From assembly GCF_042748965.1 (NCBI RefSeq), contig NZ_JBHYRT010000003.1: a DNA stretch of 24,000 nucleotides; one strand, given 5' to 3'. The position numbers and the translations under genes are program-made. The notes under the pieces are model-generated. The model was given only the letters and a program-made list of their open reading frames with translations, was not told the origin of the DNA and did no database searches. Below are positions 14,648 through 23,440 of the stretch, piece after piece. The first letter of the stretch is position 1. Each line of letters begins with the position of its first letter. Source of the DNA: Comamonas odontotermitis. Lineage in GTDB: Bacteria > Pseudomonadota > Gammaproteobacteria > Burkholderiales > Burkholderiaceae_C.

Positions 14648-15676
14648 ATGGATTTGCAAATTGCCTTGCTGCTGGGGCAGGACGGCATCGTCAATGGCGC
14701 CATCTACGGGCTGATGGCGGTGGCCCTGGTGCTGGTGTTTTCCGTCACACGCATCATTTTCATTCCGCAGGGAGAGTTTGTCGCCTATGGCGCGCTCACC
14801 ATGGCCATGATGCAGGCGGGCAAGACGCCTTCCACGTTGTGGCTGCTGTTGGTCATGGCTGCCGTTGCGCTCGTGGCGGAGCTGTGGCGTGCCCGTTCCG
14901 GCCAGGGCGGCAGTTGGCCCGCAACCCTGCTGTGGTGCATAGGCTTTCCCGCCGTGGCGGCGGTGCTGGCCCTGGGCGTCAAGCCCAGTTCGCTGCTGCT
15001 GCAGTCGATCACTGCTTTGGTGCTGGTGATGCCCATGGGCCCGTTGCTCTACCGTGTGGCGTACCGGCCAGTGGCAAATGCTTCCGTGCTGCTGCTGCTC
15101 ATCATTTCGGTCGCGCTTCACGGCGTGCTGGTGGGCTTGGGCCTGCTGTTCTTTGGTGCAGAGGGCTCGCGTACCACGCCCTTCTCGGAGTCCAAGTTCG
15201 ACATTGCGGACATTTCCATTTCGGGCCAGTCCCTGGTGGTGCTGGGTGTTGCGCTGGTACTGGTGATATCGCTGTTCGTGTTTTTTGAACGATCAATGCT
15301 CGGCAAGGCCTTGCGCGCAACTGCCATCAACCGGGTAGGCGCGCGCCTGATGGGCATTCCAACTGCGCTGGCGGGCGATCTGAGCTTTGCTCTCGCTGCC
15401 TTGATCGGCGCCATCTCGGGCTTGCTGATCGCGCCGCTCACCACGGTGTATTACGACACCGGATTCATGGTGGGGCTCAAAGGCTTTGTAGCGGCCATCA
15501 TCGGCGGTCTTGCCAGCTATCCGTTGGCACTGGCAGGCGCGCTGCTGGTGGGCCTGCTGGAGTCCTTTTCCACCTTCTGGGCCAGCGCGTACAAGGAGGT
15601 GCTGGTGTTTGCGATGATTATTCCGGTGCTGTGGTGGAGATCGCGCAACAGCCGCCATGTGGAGGAAGAAGAATGA
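14648..15676 (+). CDS. ABC transporter permease, LivH-like (HAAT family)
   Basis: The start ATG at 14648 gives MDLQIALLLGQDGIVNGAIYGLMAVALVLVFSVTRIIFIPQGEF, a canonical LivH N-terminus. The protein is polytopic and hydrophobic. At 342 aa it is somewhat longer than typical LivH because of an extra hydrophobic insert. Confidence 0.85.
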   Translation: MDLQIALLLGQDGIVNGAIYGLMAVALVLVFSVTRIIFIPQGEFVAYGALTMAMMQAGKTPSTLWLLLVMAAVALVAELWRARSGQGGSWPATLLWCIGFPAVAAVLALGVKPSSLLLQSITALVLVMPMGPLLYRVAYRPVANASVLLLLIISVALHGVLVGLGLLFFGAEGSRTTPFSESKFDIADISISGQSLVVLGVALVLVISLFVFFERSMLGKALRATAINRVGARLMGIPTALAGDLSFALAALIGAISGLLIAPLTTVYYDTGFMVGLKGFVAAIIGGLASYPLALAGALLVGLLESFSTFWASAYKEVLVFAMIIPVLWWRSRNSRHVEEEE

Positions 15677-17565
15677 GCGCGCCGGTACCCAAATCTGGCC
15701 CCATGGCCAACTCCGCGCCCGCAAGCGCTGCAGGTGTTGTCACTCCCCGGATGCTCACCGCCGCCGCCATTGTGCTGTTTGCACTGGCCTGGGGATTTCT
15801 GCCTGATTTCACCGTGGTGATCCTGAGCTACATTGGCCTCTATGCCATGGTGGCTGCCGGCCTGGTGTTGCTGACCGGAGTGGGCGGCATGACATCGTTT
15901 GGGCAGGCCGCCTTTGTCGGCATCGGCGCCTATGCCACGGCGTGGGCATGCACGTCGCCGGTGGCGGTACAGTTTTTCGGCAGTGCGGTGGGCGCGGCCG
16001 GCCTGCCGTGGGTGGGCCTGGTGCTGGGCTTTGTGATCACCTTCATCGTTGCCTGGGTGCTGGGGTCCGTCACCGTCAAGCTCCAAGGGCACTATCTGCC
16101 GCTGTGCACCATTGCCTGGGGCCTGAGTCTGTACTACCTGTTTGGCAACATGGAATTTCTGGGTGGCCAGACCGGCATCACAGGCATTCCACCATTGGTG
16201 ATTGCAGGCGCCTCCTTTGCGTCGCCCCGGGTCATGGGTGTGCTCGTCTGGGTCGTGCTGCTGCTGGCACTGTGGCTGCTGAGCAATCTGCTCGATTCGC
16301 GAGAAGGGCGGGCGATCCGCTCGCTCAAGGGCGGGCAGGTGATGGCCGAATCAATGGGCATCAACACCGCGCGCCACCGCGTCAAGCTGTTTGTGCTGGC
16401 CGCGTTGCTCGCTACCCTGTCCGGCTGGCTGTATGCGCACATGCAGCGCTTTGTGAGCCCCGCGCCCTTCAACCTGAACATCGGTATCGAGTACCTGTTC
16501 ATGGCAGTGGTGGGTGGTGCGGGTCACCTCTGGGGTGCCGTGCTGGGCGCTACCCTGATCACCTTGCTGAAGGAGAAGCTGCAGGACATTCTGCCCGCCC
16601 TGCTGGGCACCAGCGGAAATTTTGAAGTGATCGTTTTCGGCCTGCTGATGGTGCTGGTGCTGCAGCGTTTTGACCAGGGGCTGTGGCCCACCTTGCAGCG
16701 CTTGACTGCGCGCTGGATCAAACAGCCTGCAGGCAGGCAGGTCCAGGCCACATCTCATCCGCTGGACCAGCGCACGGCGCCTGCGGCAGGCACCACCTTG
16801 TTGGCAGCCGAGCATGTCACCAAGCGCTTTGGTGGCCTGGTCGCAAACAATGATGTGTCCATGTCGCTGAAGGCCGGGGAGGTGCACGCGCTGATCGGGC
16901 CGAACGGTGCAGGCAAGAGTACGTTCTTCAACATGATCTCGGGCGTGGATTCGCCGACCGAAGGCCAGGTGCAACTGATGGGCCATGTCATGGCCGATGC
17001 GCCATCACGCAGGTTTGCCGCATTGGGCCTGGGGCGTACTTTTCAGCATGTGCGCCTGCTGGGCCAGCGCACGGTACTGGAAAACGTGGCCTTGGGTGCC
17101 CATCTGCGTGCGCACAAGGGGTGGTTGGCATCCATGCTGCGACTGGACAGGCACGAAGAGGCGTCGTTGCTGGCCGAGGCGCGCAAGCAGATCGAACGCT
17201 GCGGCCTGGGCGCGTTTGCCGATGTGCCTGCGGGGTCGTTGGCCTTGGGTCAGCAGCGCATTGTCGAAATCGCTCGCGCCTTGGCGGGACAGCCCGCAGC
17301 CTTGCTGCTGGACGAACCGGCGGCGGGCCTGCGGCACCTAGAGAAGCAATCGCTTGCCCAGTTGCTGCGCCAGTTGCGCGCCGAAGGTTTGGGTATTCTG
17401 GTGGTGGAGCATGACATGGAGTTTGTGATGAACCTGGCTGACCGCATCACGGTACTGGAGTTCGGCACCGTGATTGCCACGGGAACACCTGCCGAGATTC
17501 AATCGAACCAGCGCGTGCTGGATGCCTATCTGGGTGGCGCCGATGAAGACGAGGTGGCCGCATGA
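15673..17565 (+). CDS. Fused LivM-like permease / LivG-like ATP-binding protein (HAAT family)
   Basis: An ATGA overlap couples it to the upstream permease. The N-terminal ~350 aa are polytopic (LivM-like, ...GQAAFVGIGAYA...). The C-terminal ~260 aa form an ABC ATPase with Walker A GPNGAGKST, signature LALGQQR, Walker B LLLDEPAAGL and H-loop VVEHD. It is one continuous ORF with no internal stop. Confidence 0.88.
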   Translation: MSAPVPKSGPMANSAPASAAGVVTPRMLTAAAIVLFALAWGFLPDFTVVILSYIGLYAMVAAGLVLLTGVGGMTSFGQAAFVGIGAYATAWACTSPVAVQFFGSAVGAAGLPWVGLVLGFVITFIVAWVLGSVTVKLQGHYLPLCTIAWGLSLYYLFGNMEFLGGQTGITGIPPLVIAGASFASPRVMGVLVWVVLLLALWLLSNLLDSREGRAIRSLKGGQVMAESMGINTARHRVKLFVLAALLATLSGWLYAHMQRFVSPAPFNLNIGIEYLFMAVVGGAGHLWGAVLGATLITLLKEKLQDILPALLGTSGNFEVIVFGLLMVLVLQRFDQGLWPTLQRLTARWIKQPAGRQVQATSHPLDQRTAPAAGTTLLAAEHVTKRFGGLVANNDVSMSLKAGEVHALIGPNGAGKSTFFNMISGVDSPTEGQVQLMGHVMADAPSRRFAALGLGRTFQHVRLLGQRTVLENVALGAHLRAHKGWLASMLRLDRHEEASLLAEARKQIERCGLGAFADVPAGSLALGQQRIVEIARALAGQPAALLLDEPAAGLRHLEKQSLAQLLRQLRAEGLGILVVEHDMEFVMNLADRITVLEFGTVIATGTPAEIQSNQRVLDAYLGGADEDEVAA

Positions 17566-18311
17566 ACAGCACCCCTCACTTGTTGCAGCTGTCGCAGTTG
17601 TGCGTATCGTACGGGCCGGTGGAAGCCGTGCACCAGGTCGATCTGCATGTGGCGGCAGGAGAGATCGTGACCGTGATTGGCCCCAATGGCGCGGGCAAGA
17701 CGACCTTGCTGTCGGCGGCCATGGGTCTGCTGCCCTCCAAGGGCCAGGTATCCCTGTCGGGTGGCGTGATCGCTCGCCCCACGGTGGAGGCCATGGTGTC
17801 GCATGGCGTAGGGCTGGTGCCGGAGAAGCGTGAACTGTTTGGCGAGATGTCGGTGGAAGACAATCTGCGGCTGGGCGGATTCTCGCTGTGGCGCAAGGGC
17901 GAGCGTGACCAGGGAGCGCGCCTGCAGGAGGTGTTTGACATCTTTCCGCGCCTGCAGGAGCGCCGTGCGCAGATGGCATCCACGTTGTCGGGCGGTGAGC
18001 GGCAGATGCTGGCCATTGGCCGCGCACTGATGGCCAAGCCGCGCCTGCTGATGCTCGATGAGCCATCGCTGGGCCTGGCACCACTGATTGTGCGCGAGGT
18101 GCTGCAGGTGGTGGCATCGCTGCGTGATCGCGGCGTATCGGTGCTGCTGGTGGAGCAGAATGCGCGTGCTGCGCTGAAGGTGGCAGACCGCGCCTATGTG
18201 CTGGAGATGGGCGCCGTGGCGCTCAGCGGCAATGCACGCGATCTGCTGCACGACCAGCGCATCATCGATACCTATCTGGGCGCGGGAAGGCAGGAGGCTG
18301 TCGCACATTGA
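17562..18311 (+). CDS. ABC transporter ATP-binding protein, LivF-like
   Basis: An ATGA overlap couples it to the upstream gene. It has Walker A GPNGAGKTT, signature LSGGERQ, Walker B LLMLDEPSLGL and VEQN. Confidence 0.9.
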   Translation: MNSTPHLLQLSQLCVSYGPVEAVHQVDLHVAAGEIVTVIGPNGAGKTTLLSAAMGLLPSKGQVSLSGGVIARPTVEAMVSHGVGLVPEKRELFGEMSVEDNLRLGGFSLWRKGERDQGARLQEVFDIFPRLQERRAQMASTLSGGERQMLAIGRALMAKPRLLMLDEPSLGLAPLIVREVLQVVASLRDRGVSVLLVEQNARAALKVADRAYVLEMGAVALSGNARDLLHDQRIIDTYLGAGRQEAVAH

Positions 18312-18367
18312 TCCGCTGATCCGTTGATCTATTGGTGCGCGGTTCTGATCCGCTGTCGAGAATCCCC

Positions 18368-18413
18368 AAAAAAGAGAGAGCTGGCCGCGCATGCTGCCAG
18401 CTCTCTGCTTTTT
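18368..18413. terminator. Bidirectional rho-independent terminator between the convergent ABC and hpa operons
   Basis: An 11-bp stem, AGAGAGCTGGC (18375-18385) with GCCAGCTCTCT (18396-18406), is flanked by an A6 run (18368-18373) and a T5 run (18409-18413). Confidence 0.8.
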
Positions 18414-18422
18414 ACTATCTGC

Positions 18423-19256
18423 TCATACGAAGCGGAATTCCAGCTTGCCCAGTCTTCCGTAGTCGGCTTCGAACACATCTCCCGCCTTGGCCGCAACAGG
18501 GCGGGTGAAGGAGCCGGCCAGAACGATTTCGCCAGCGTTCAAGAATTCGCCCCACGGTGCCAGCTTGTTGGCGAGCCAGGCTACGCCCACCGCAGGGTGG
18601 CCTTGCACGCCTGCTGCGAGGCCCGTCTCTTCCACTGCGCCGTTCTGGCGCAGAATAGCGCCGCACCAAGGTAGATCCACCTCTGTCGGTGCGGCTCGCC
18701 CGGCACCCATGACGATACCGGCATTGGCAGCATTGTCGCTGATGGTGTCGTACACCTTGCGCATGGCCTTCGTGTGACGGTCCAGCTGTTCGATGCGCGC
18801 GTCAATGATTTCAATGGCTGGCGTCACATAGTCAGTGGCATCGAGCACGTCGGCAATGCCAAGCTGCCTGCCTTCCGCGAGGCCTGGGCCTTTGAGCGGC
18901 TTTTTCAGCACAAAAGCCAACTCCACCTCGACACGCGGTGCAATGAAGTTCTGGATGGGAATGTCCAGTACCTGGCCGTTGCTGCAGGTGTAGAGCATGT
19001 TGTCGAGCAGGGTGCCGTAGTCGGGCTCGTCGATCTGGCTGGACAGCTGCATGGCACGCGAGGTGAGGCCGATCTTGTGGCCAATGACCTTGCGGCCACC
19101 TGCGATCTGCAGACGCACCCATTCGCGTGCCACGCGGTAACCGTCGTCCACGGTCATCCCGGGATAGCGTTTGGAGAAGTGCTCGATCTGCACGCGCGTT
19201 CTCTCGCTGTGGTCAAGTTCCTGGGCCAGTTGGGAAAGAAGCTCTTGGGTAAACAT
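18423..19256 (-). CDS. hpaH: 2-oxo-hept-3-ene-1,7-dioate hydratase HpaH
   Basis: The start ATG at 19256 gives MFTQELLSQ.... Blocks [61 protein letters not shown] and GSFTRPV are collinear with E. coli HpaH as I recall it. The ORF-track N-terminal extension to 19304 is discarded. Confidence 0.88.
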   Translation of the reverse strand: MFTQELLSQLAQELDHSERTRVQIEHFSKRYPGMTVDDGYRVAREWVRLQIAGGRKVIGHKIGLTSRAMQLSSQIDEPDYGTLLDNMLYTCSNGQVLDIPIQNFIAPRVEVELAFVLKKPLKGPGLAEGRQLGIADVLDATDYVTPAIEIIDARIEQLDRHTKAMRKVYDTISDNAANAGIVMGAGRAAPTEVDLPWCGAILRQNGAVEETGLAAGVQGHPAVGVAWLANKLAPWGEFLNAGEIVLAGSFTRPVAAKAGDVFEADYGRLGKLEFRFV

Positions 19257-19312
19257 CTCAGTTGTTCGTTGCTTGAATGCGTGACATGGGGCCAGCGAAA
19301 CCACTCAGGGCG

Positions 19313-19741
19313 CTATCTGAAAAGAGGGTGCAGGCTGCTGTGCTTGCCGTCATAGACCTGGCCGGGGCTTTCGTCGACCTGCACGGTCAGGCCCATGTGC
19401 CGTTCATCCAACAGGGTGGCAAAGTGTGCTTTGGCGCAGGCCAGCAGCGCGTCGCCTGCTTGGGTCTTGACAGCGTTTGATCGCCCCTTGCCCATGCGCA
19501 GGTTGATGTAGGCAAAGTGGTAGTCGCCATCGCCGCCTGCCGCCTTGCCCGCCGCACCGCCATCGGCTACGGCAAAGTGCGGTGCAGGGTAGGCGAGCAC
19601 ACGCGTGCCGCCGGTGGGGAAGACCTGGCTGCCGTCCTCGGCGTGCACGGTGAGCATGGTGTCGGCGAGGCTGCGGCACAGGGCCGCCATGTCACTGCGT
19701 TGGTCGAGATTGCCGGTGTAGAGCACGACGACATGGGGCAT
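19313..19741 (-). CDS. hpaF: 5-carboxymethyl-2-hydroxymuconate isomerase HpaF (tautomerase superfamily)
   Basis: The start ATG at 19741 gives MPHVVV.... This has the catalytic Pro1 context followed by DYHFAYINLRMGKGRS and HFATLL, matching the CHM isomerase pattern. A TGATG overlap couples it to the upstream dioxygenase stop. Confidence 0.82.
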   Translation of the reverse strand: MPHVVVLYTGNLDQRSDMAALCRSLADTMLTVHAEDGSQVFPTGGTRVLAYPAPHFAVADGGAAGKAAGGDGDYHFAYINLRMGKGRSNAVKTQAGDALLACAKAHFATLLDERHMGLTVQVDESPGQVYDGKHSSLHPLFR

Positions 19742-20559
19742 CACCGCACCTCCATGGTGGCCGCAGTACAACTTACCGCAAAGATGGGGATGGGCTCACA
19801 GTAGAGCACTTGGCCCGGCCCGCGTGCGGCGGCTGCCACGCTGATGAAGGTACGGATTTCGAAGCCGCCCTGGCCTCCATCGCGGTAGGTTTCGGCATCG
19901 GTGTAGCCAAGCATGGCATCCTTGTCGTTGCGGCACCAGCGATCCATGAACTGCTGGTCCCACTCCCAGTTGATCTTGCCCGAGTCGGGCGTGGCAGGCC
20001 AGTGCGAGATGCCGCCGGTACCGATGATCGCAATGCGCTCAGGCGCCTTGTCGCAGGCGCGGCGCAGTGCTTCGCCAAAGGCCCAGGCGCGGTGCAGCGG
20101 TGTCAGCGGAGGCCCCTGGCAGTTGATGTTGACAGGGATGATGTCCGTGTCGAAATGTGGGGTAAGAAAGTGCAGCGGCACCATGATGCCGTGGTCGAAT
20201 CTCCACTCTTCGGCAAAGGCGGTATCCACGGTTTGCAGCACTTCGGTGATGATGCGGCGAGACAGATCGGGGTTGCCGGGGATCGTGCGCTTTTCAATGC
20301 CCAGCCACTGTGGATCTTCAATTGGCCCCTCGTACTGCGCGGCCATGCCGATTGCATAGGCGGGCATGTTGTTCATGAAGAAGTTCGCAAAATGCTCGGC
20401 CGCGATGACGATGACCGCATCAGGCCGGGCTGCTGCCAATTGCGCCCCCATGCCGTGGAATGCGGCGTGGAACGCATCCTTCACCGCTGGATCGGCCAGA
20501 TGGGCGCGGCCGGTAATCCCGGGGGCGTGGCTGCATACGCCTGCAAAAACCAGACTCAT
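19741..20559 (-). CDS. Class III (LigB-family) extradiol ring-cleavage dioxygenase, catalytic beta subunit; by context probable homoprotocatechuate dioxygenase
   Basis: The 272-aa protein carries LigB-type motifs: N-terminal ..CSHAPG.., AEHF, FDHGIMVPL and IIGTGGISHW. It lies between a LigA-like gene and hpaF. Confidence 0.8.
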   Translation of the reverse strand: MSLVFAGVCSHAPGITGRAHLADPAVKDAFHAAFHGMGAQLAAARPDAVIVIAAEHFANFFMNNMPAYAIGMAAQYEGPIEDPQWLGIEKRTIPGNPDLSRRIITEVLQTVDTAFAEEWRFDHGIMVPLHFLTPHFDTDIIPVNINCQGPPLTPLHRAWAFGEALRRACDKAPERIAIIGTGGISHWPATPDSGKINWEWDQQFMDRWCRNDKDAMLGYTDAETYRDGGQGGFEIRTFISVAAAARGPGQVLYCEPIPIFAVSCTAATMEVR

Positions 20560-20560
20560 A

Positions 20561-20887
20561 TCAAACCCCTGCTACTTTCTCGTCCACTGCCGTTGTCATC
20601 GCATACACGCCGGCGCGTACCGGGCCGTACTTTGCAACTCCGTCGCGCATGGCCTGCAGATAGTCAGCCCAGGCCAGACCCAAAAGGGGGGCAAAGTGCA
20701 TCAGCAACTGGCCGTTGCAACCCAGTACATACAGCTTGCCGATATCTCCGTGGTGGATGGCATCGCGCTCCTCGTCGGTCAACGGATAGCCGGCGAGCAG
20801 CGCTTCTCGGTCTTCGCGATAGCGGCGCTGCACTTCGGGTTCGCGGTTCAGGTGGAAGAGGAACTTCTGCATTGCGTACAAGCTCAT
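20561..20887 (-). CDS. LigA-like small (alpha) subunit of an aromatic-ring-opening dioxygenase
   Basis: The 108-aa protein has the LigA-domain pattern MQKFLFHLNREPEVQRRYREDREALLAGYPLTDEERDAIHHGDIGKLYVLGCNGQLL. A GGGGGG RBS lies upstream. Its stop is 1 nt from the LigB-like start, which suggests translational coupling. Confidence 0.72.
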   Translation of the reverse strand: MSLYAMQKFLFHLNREPEVQRRYREDREALLAGYPLTDEERDAIHHGDIGKLYVLGCNGQLLMHFAPLLGLAWADYLQAMRDGVAKYGPVRAGVYAMTTAVDEKVAGV

Positions 20888-20895
20888 GAGCCCCC

Positions 20896-21867
20896 CTAGC
20901 CGATGCTGATGTTGGCAGCGCGGATGATCCTGGCGTATTTATCTTCCTCGCTGCGGATGAAGGCTGCAAACTGTTCCACGCTGCCGGCCTTCGAGACAAT
21001 GCCGCCCTCCTGGAACGTCTTGATGACGGCGGGGCTTGCCAGTGCCAGGTTCACATCCTGGTTCAGGCGCTGCACGATGGCATCGCTGGTCTTGGCGGGC
21101 GCCAGCAGGCCCTGCCAGGAATTGGATTCCAGCGCCGCGCCCTGTTCCGCAAGGGTAGGCACATCGGGTGCAAACTGCGATCGCTGCAAGGTCGCCATGC
21201 CCAATGCCACCAGCTTGCCGCCGGCGATCTGGCCCCGGAACTCGGGCCAGTTGCCAAACATGACGGTGACCTGTCCGCCGATCAGGTCTGCCATGGCCGG
21301 GCCCTGGCCCTTGTAGGGCACATGCACCATGTCGATGCCGAGCATCTGGCAGAGCAGGGCGCCAGACAGATGCGCAGATGTACCATTGCCAAACGATGCG
21401 TAGCTGAGCGAGCCGGGCTTGGCCAGTGCCGCTTTTTTCAGGTCTGCAAGGGTTTTGAGCCCACTGGCCGGATGGGTGGCCAGCACATGCTCCGACAGCC
21501 CCATCAGCGCCACAGGACGCAGATCTCTGGCGCTGTCGTAGGGCAGGCTCTTGATCAGCGTCTTGTTGGCCGTGAAGCTGTTGGCGATGGTACCGAAGGT
21601 GTAGCCGTCGGGCGCGGCCTTGGCTACGGCGTCCACGCCGATCACGGTGCCTGCACCCGGCTTGTTCTCCACAATCACCGATTGCCCCAGGCTTTTGCCC
21701 AGTTCATTGCTGACCAGGCGTGTCACCACGTCCGTGGTTCCTCCAGGCGTGAATGGAACGATGATGCGTACAGGGCGGCTGGGCCAGGCGTCTGCGCGGG
21801 CGAGCTGCCACGCAGGTAGCGTGGCAATCGTGCCAACAGCGGATTGGATGAATTGGCGGCGTTGCAT
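20896..21867 (-). CDS. Bug-family (TctC-like) tripartite tricarboxylate transporter periplasmic substrate-binding protein, orphan
   Basis: AGGAGA RBS upstream. It has a Tat-like signal MQRRQFIQSAVGTIATLPAWQLARA. The mature protein starts WPSRPVRIIVPFTPGGTTDVVTRL...ENKPGAG, typical of the Bug family. No tctA or tctB genes are in the window. Confidence 0.88.
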   Translation of the reverse strand: MQRRQFIQSAVGTIATLPAWQLARADAWPSRPVRIIVPFTPGGTTDVVTRLVSNELGKSLGQSVIVENKPGAGTVIGVDAVAKAAPDGYTFGTIANSFTANKTLIKSLPYDSARDLRPVALMGLSEHVLATHPASGLKTLADLKKAALAKPGSLSYASFGNGTSAHLSGALLCQMLGIDMVHVPYKGQGPAMADLIGGQVTVMFGNWPEFRGQIAGGKLVALGMATLQRSQFAPDVPTLAEQGAALESNSWQGLLAPAKTSDAIVQRLNQDVNLALASPAVIKTFQEGGIVSKAGSVEQFAAFIRSEEDKYARIIRAANISIG

Positions 21868-21940
21868 CTATGTCTCCTTCGTTTGTATGCCGGGTGCGCT
21901 CTGCGATTGCGTTGATCGCTATTCTTTGATGGCGTACTGT

Positions 21941-23398
21941 TCAGACTCCCCAGTGAGGAATGTGGTGTGAACCCATGGAGACAGCCACATTCTTGGGTTC
22001 GCAGAACACCTCGTAGCTCCAGGTGCCGCCTTCGCGGCCCGTGCCCGATGCCTTGGTGCCACCAAACGGCTGGCGCAGGTCGCGGACGTTCTGGCTGTTG
22101 ACAAAGCACATGCCTGCCTCGATGGCCGCAGCCACACGGTGGGCCTTGCCGATGTTTTCGGTCCATACATAGCTGGAGAGCCCGTACTGGGTGTCGTTGG
22201 CCAGGCGTATGGCTTCGGCTTCATCGCTGAACGGGATGATGCAGGCTACCGGGCCGAAGATCTCGTCCTGTGCAATGCGCATGCGGTTGTTCACCTCGGC
22301 AAACACGGTGGGCAAAACGTAATTGCCATTTTTCACGCGGTCTGGCACCACAGGCGCGTCCAGGCCGCCGCACAGCATGCTGGCGCCTTCCTGGAGGCCC
22401 AGTTCGATGTAATGGCGTACCTTGGCCAGATGGGCCTGGCTGATCATGGGGCCGACGATGGTTTTTTCGTCGAGCGGGTCGCCCACAGTAATGCGCCGGG
22501 CGCGCTCGGCGAAGCGGTCGGCGAACTTCACATAGATGCTCTTTTGCACCAGGATGCGGCTGCCAGCCGTGCAGCGCTCGCCATTGTTGGAGAAGATCAT
22601 GAAGATGGCGGCATCGAGTGCGCGGTCAAAGTCGGCGTCATCGAAGACCACAAAGGGGCTCTTGCCGCCCAACTCCATGCTGAACTTCTTGAGGCTCGCG
22701 GCCTGCACGATGCGGTTGCCGGTCTGCGTCGATCCTGTGAATGAGACGGCCCGCACGTCGCGGTGCGCCACCAGCGGCTCGCCTGCATCTTTGCCGTAGC
22801 CATGCACCAGGTTGAGCACACCTGCAGGAATGCCGGCTTCGAGGGCCAGCTCGCCCAGGCGTGCGGCCGTCATGGGCGAGAGCTCGCTCATCTTGAGCAC
22901 GGCGGTGTTGCCGAAAGCCAGGCATGGCGCGACTTTCCAGGTGGCCGTCATGAAAGGAACGTTCCACGGCGAGATCAGCGCACACACACCCACCGGGTGG
23001 AAGAGCGTGTAGTTCAGATGCGTAGGCGTCGGGTAGGTGTGGCCATCGACCCGCGTGCACATTTCGGCAAAGTAGTAGAAGTTGTCGGCCGCACGCGGCA
23101 CCAGTTGCTTGCCGGTCTGCGCGATCACCTGACCACAGTCGTTGGTCTCCGTCTCGGCGATCTCTGGCACATGCAGGGCGATCAGGTCGCCGAGTTTGCG
23201 CACCAGCCTGGCACGCTCTGTGGCGGGCGTGTTCGCCCACTTGGGAAATGCTTCCTTGGCTGCCGCTACCGCAGCGTCGGCCTCGGCGGCACCGCCCGAG
23301 GCCACCTCGGCCAGCACTTCCTGCGTGGCAGGGTTGATGGTTTCAAAATAGTCTTTGCCGGCAACGCTCTTGCCGTTGATCAAATGGTCAATACGCAT
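21941..23398 (-). CDS. hpaE: 5-carboxymethyl-2-hydroxymuconate semialdehyde dehydrogenase HpaE
   Basis: AGGAGA RBS upstream. The 485-aa ALDH (MRIDHLINGK...FETINPAT..., SPWNVPFM, FTGST, ELGGKSP, ERCTAGSR) sits in the conserved position after hpaG. Confidence 0.88.
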   Translation of the reverse strand: MRIDHLINGKSVAGKDYFETINPATQEVLAEVASGGAAEADAAVAAAKEAFPKWANTPATERARLVRKLGDLIALHVPEIAETETNDCGQVIAQTGKQLVPRAADNFYYFAEMCTRVDGHTYPTPTHLNYTLFHPVGVCALISPWNVPFMTATWKVAPCLAFGNTAVLKMSELSPMTAARLGELALEAGIPAGVLNLVHGYGKDAGEPLVAHRDVRAVSFTGSTQTGNRIVQAASLKKFSMELGGKSPFVVFDDADFDRALDAAIFMIFSNNGERCTAGSRILVQKSIYVKFADRFAERARRITVGDPLDEKTIVGPMISQAHLAKVRHYIELGLQEGASMLCGGLDAPVVPDRVKNGNYVLPTVFAEVNNRMRIAQDEIFGPVACIIPFSDEAEAIRLANDTQYGLSSYVWTENIGKAHRVAAAIEAGMCFVNSQNVRDLRQPFGGTKASGTGREGGTWSYEVFCEPKNVAVSMGSHHIPHWGV

Positions 23399-23440
23399 GC
23401 TTGTGTCTCCTGCGGTGGCTTTCAGAACGTGTTTGCGTTC

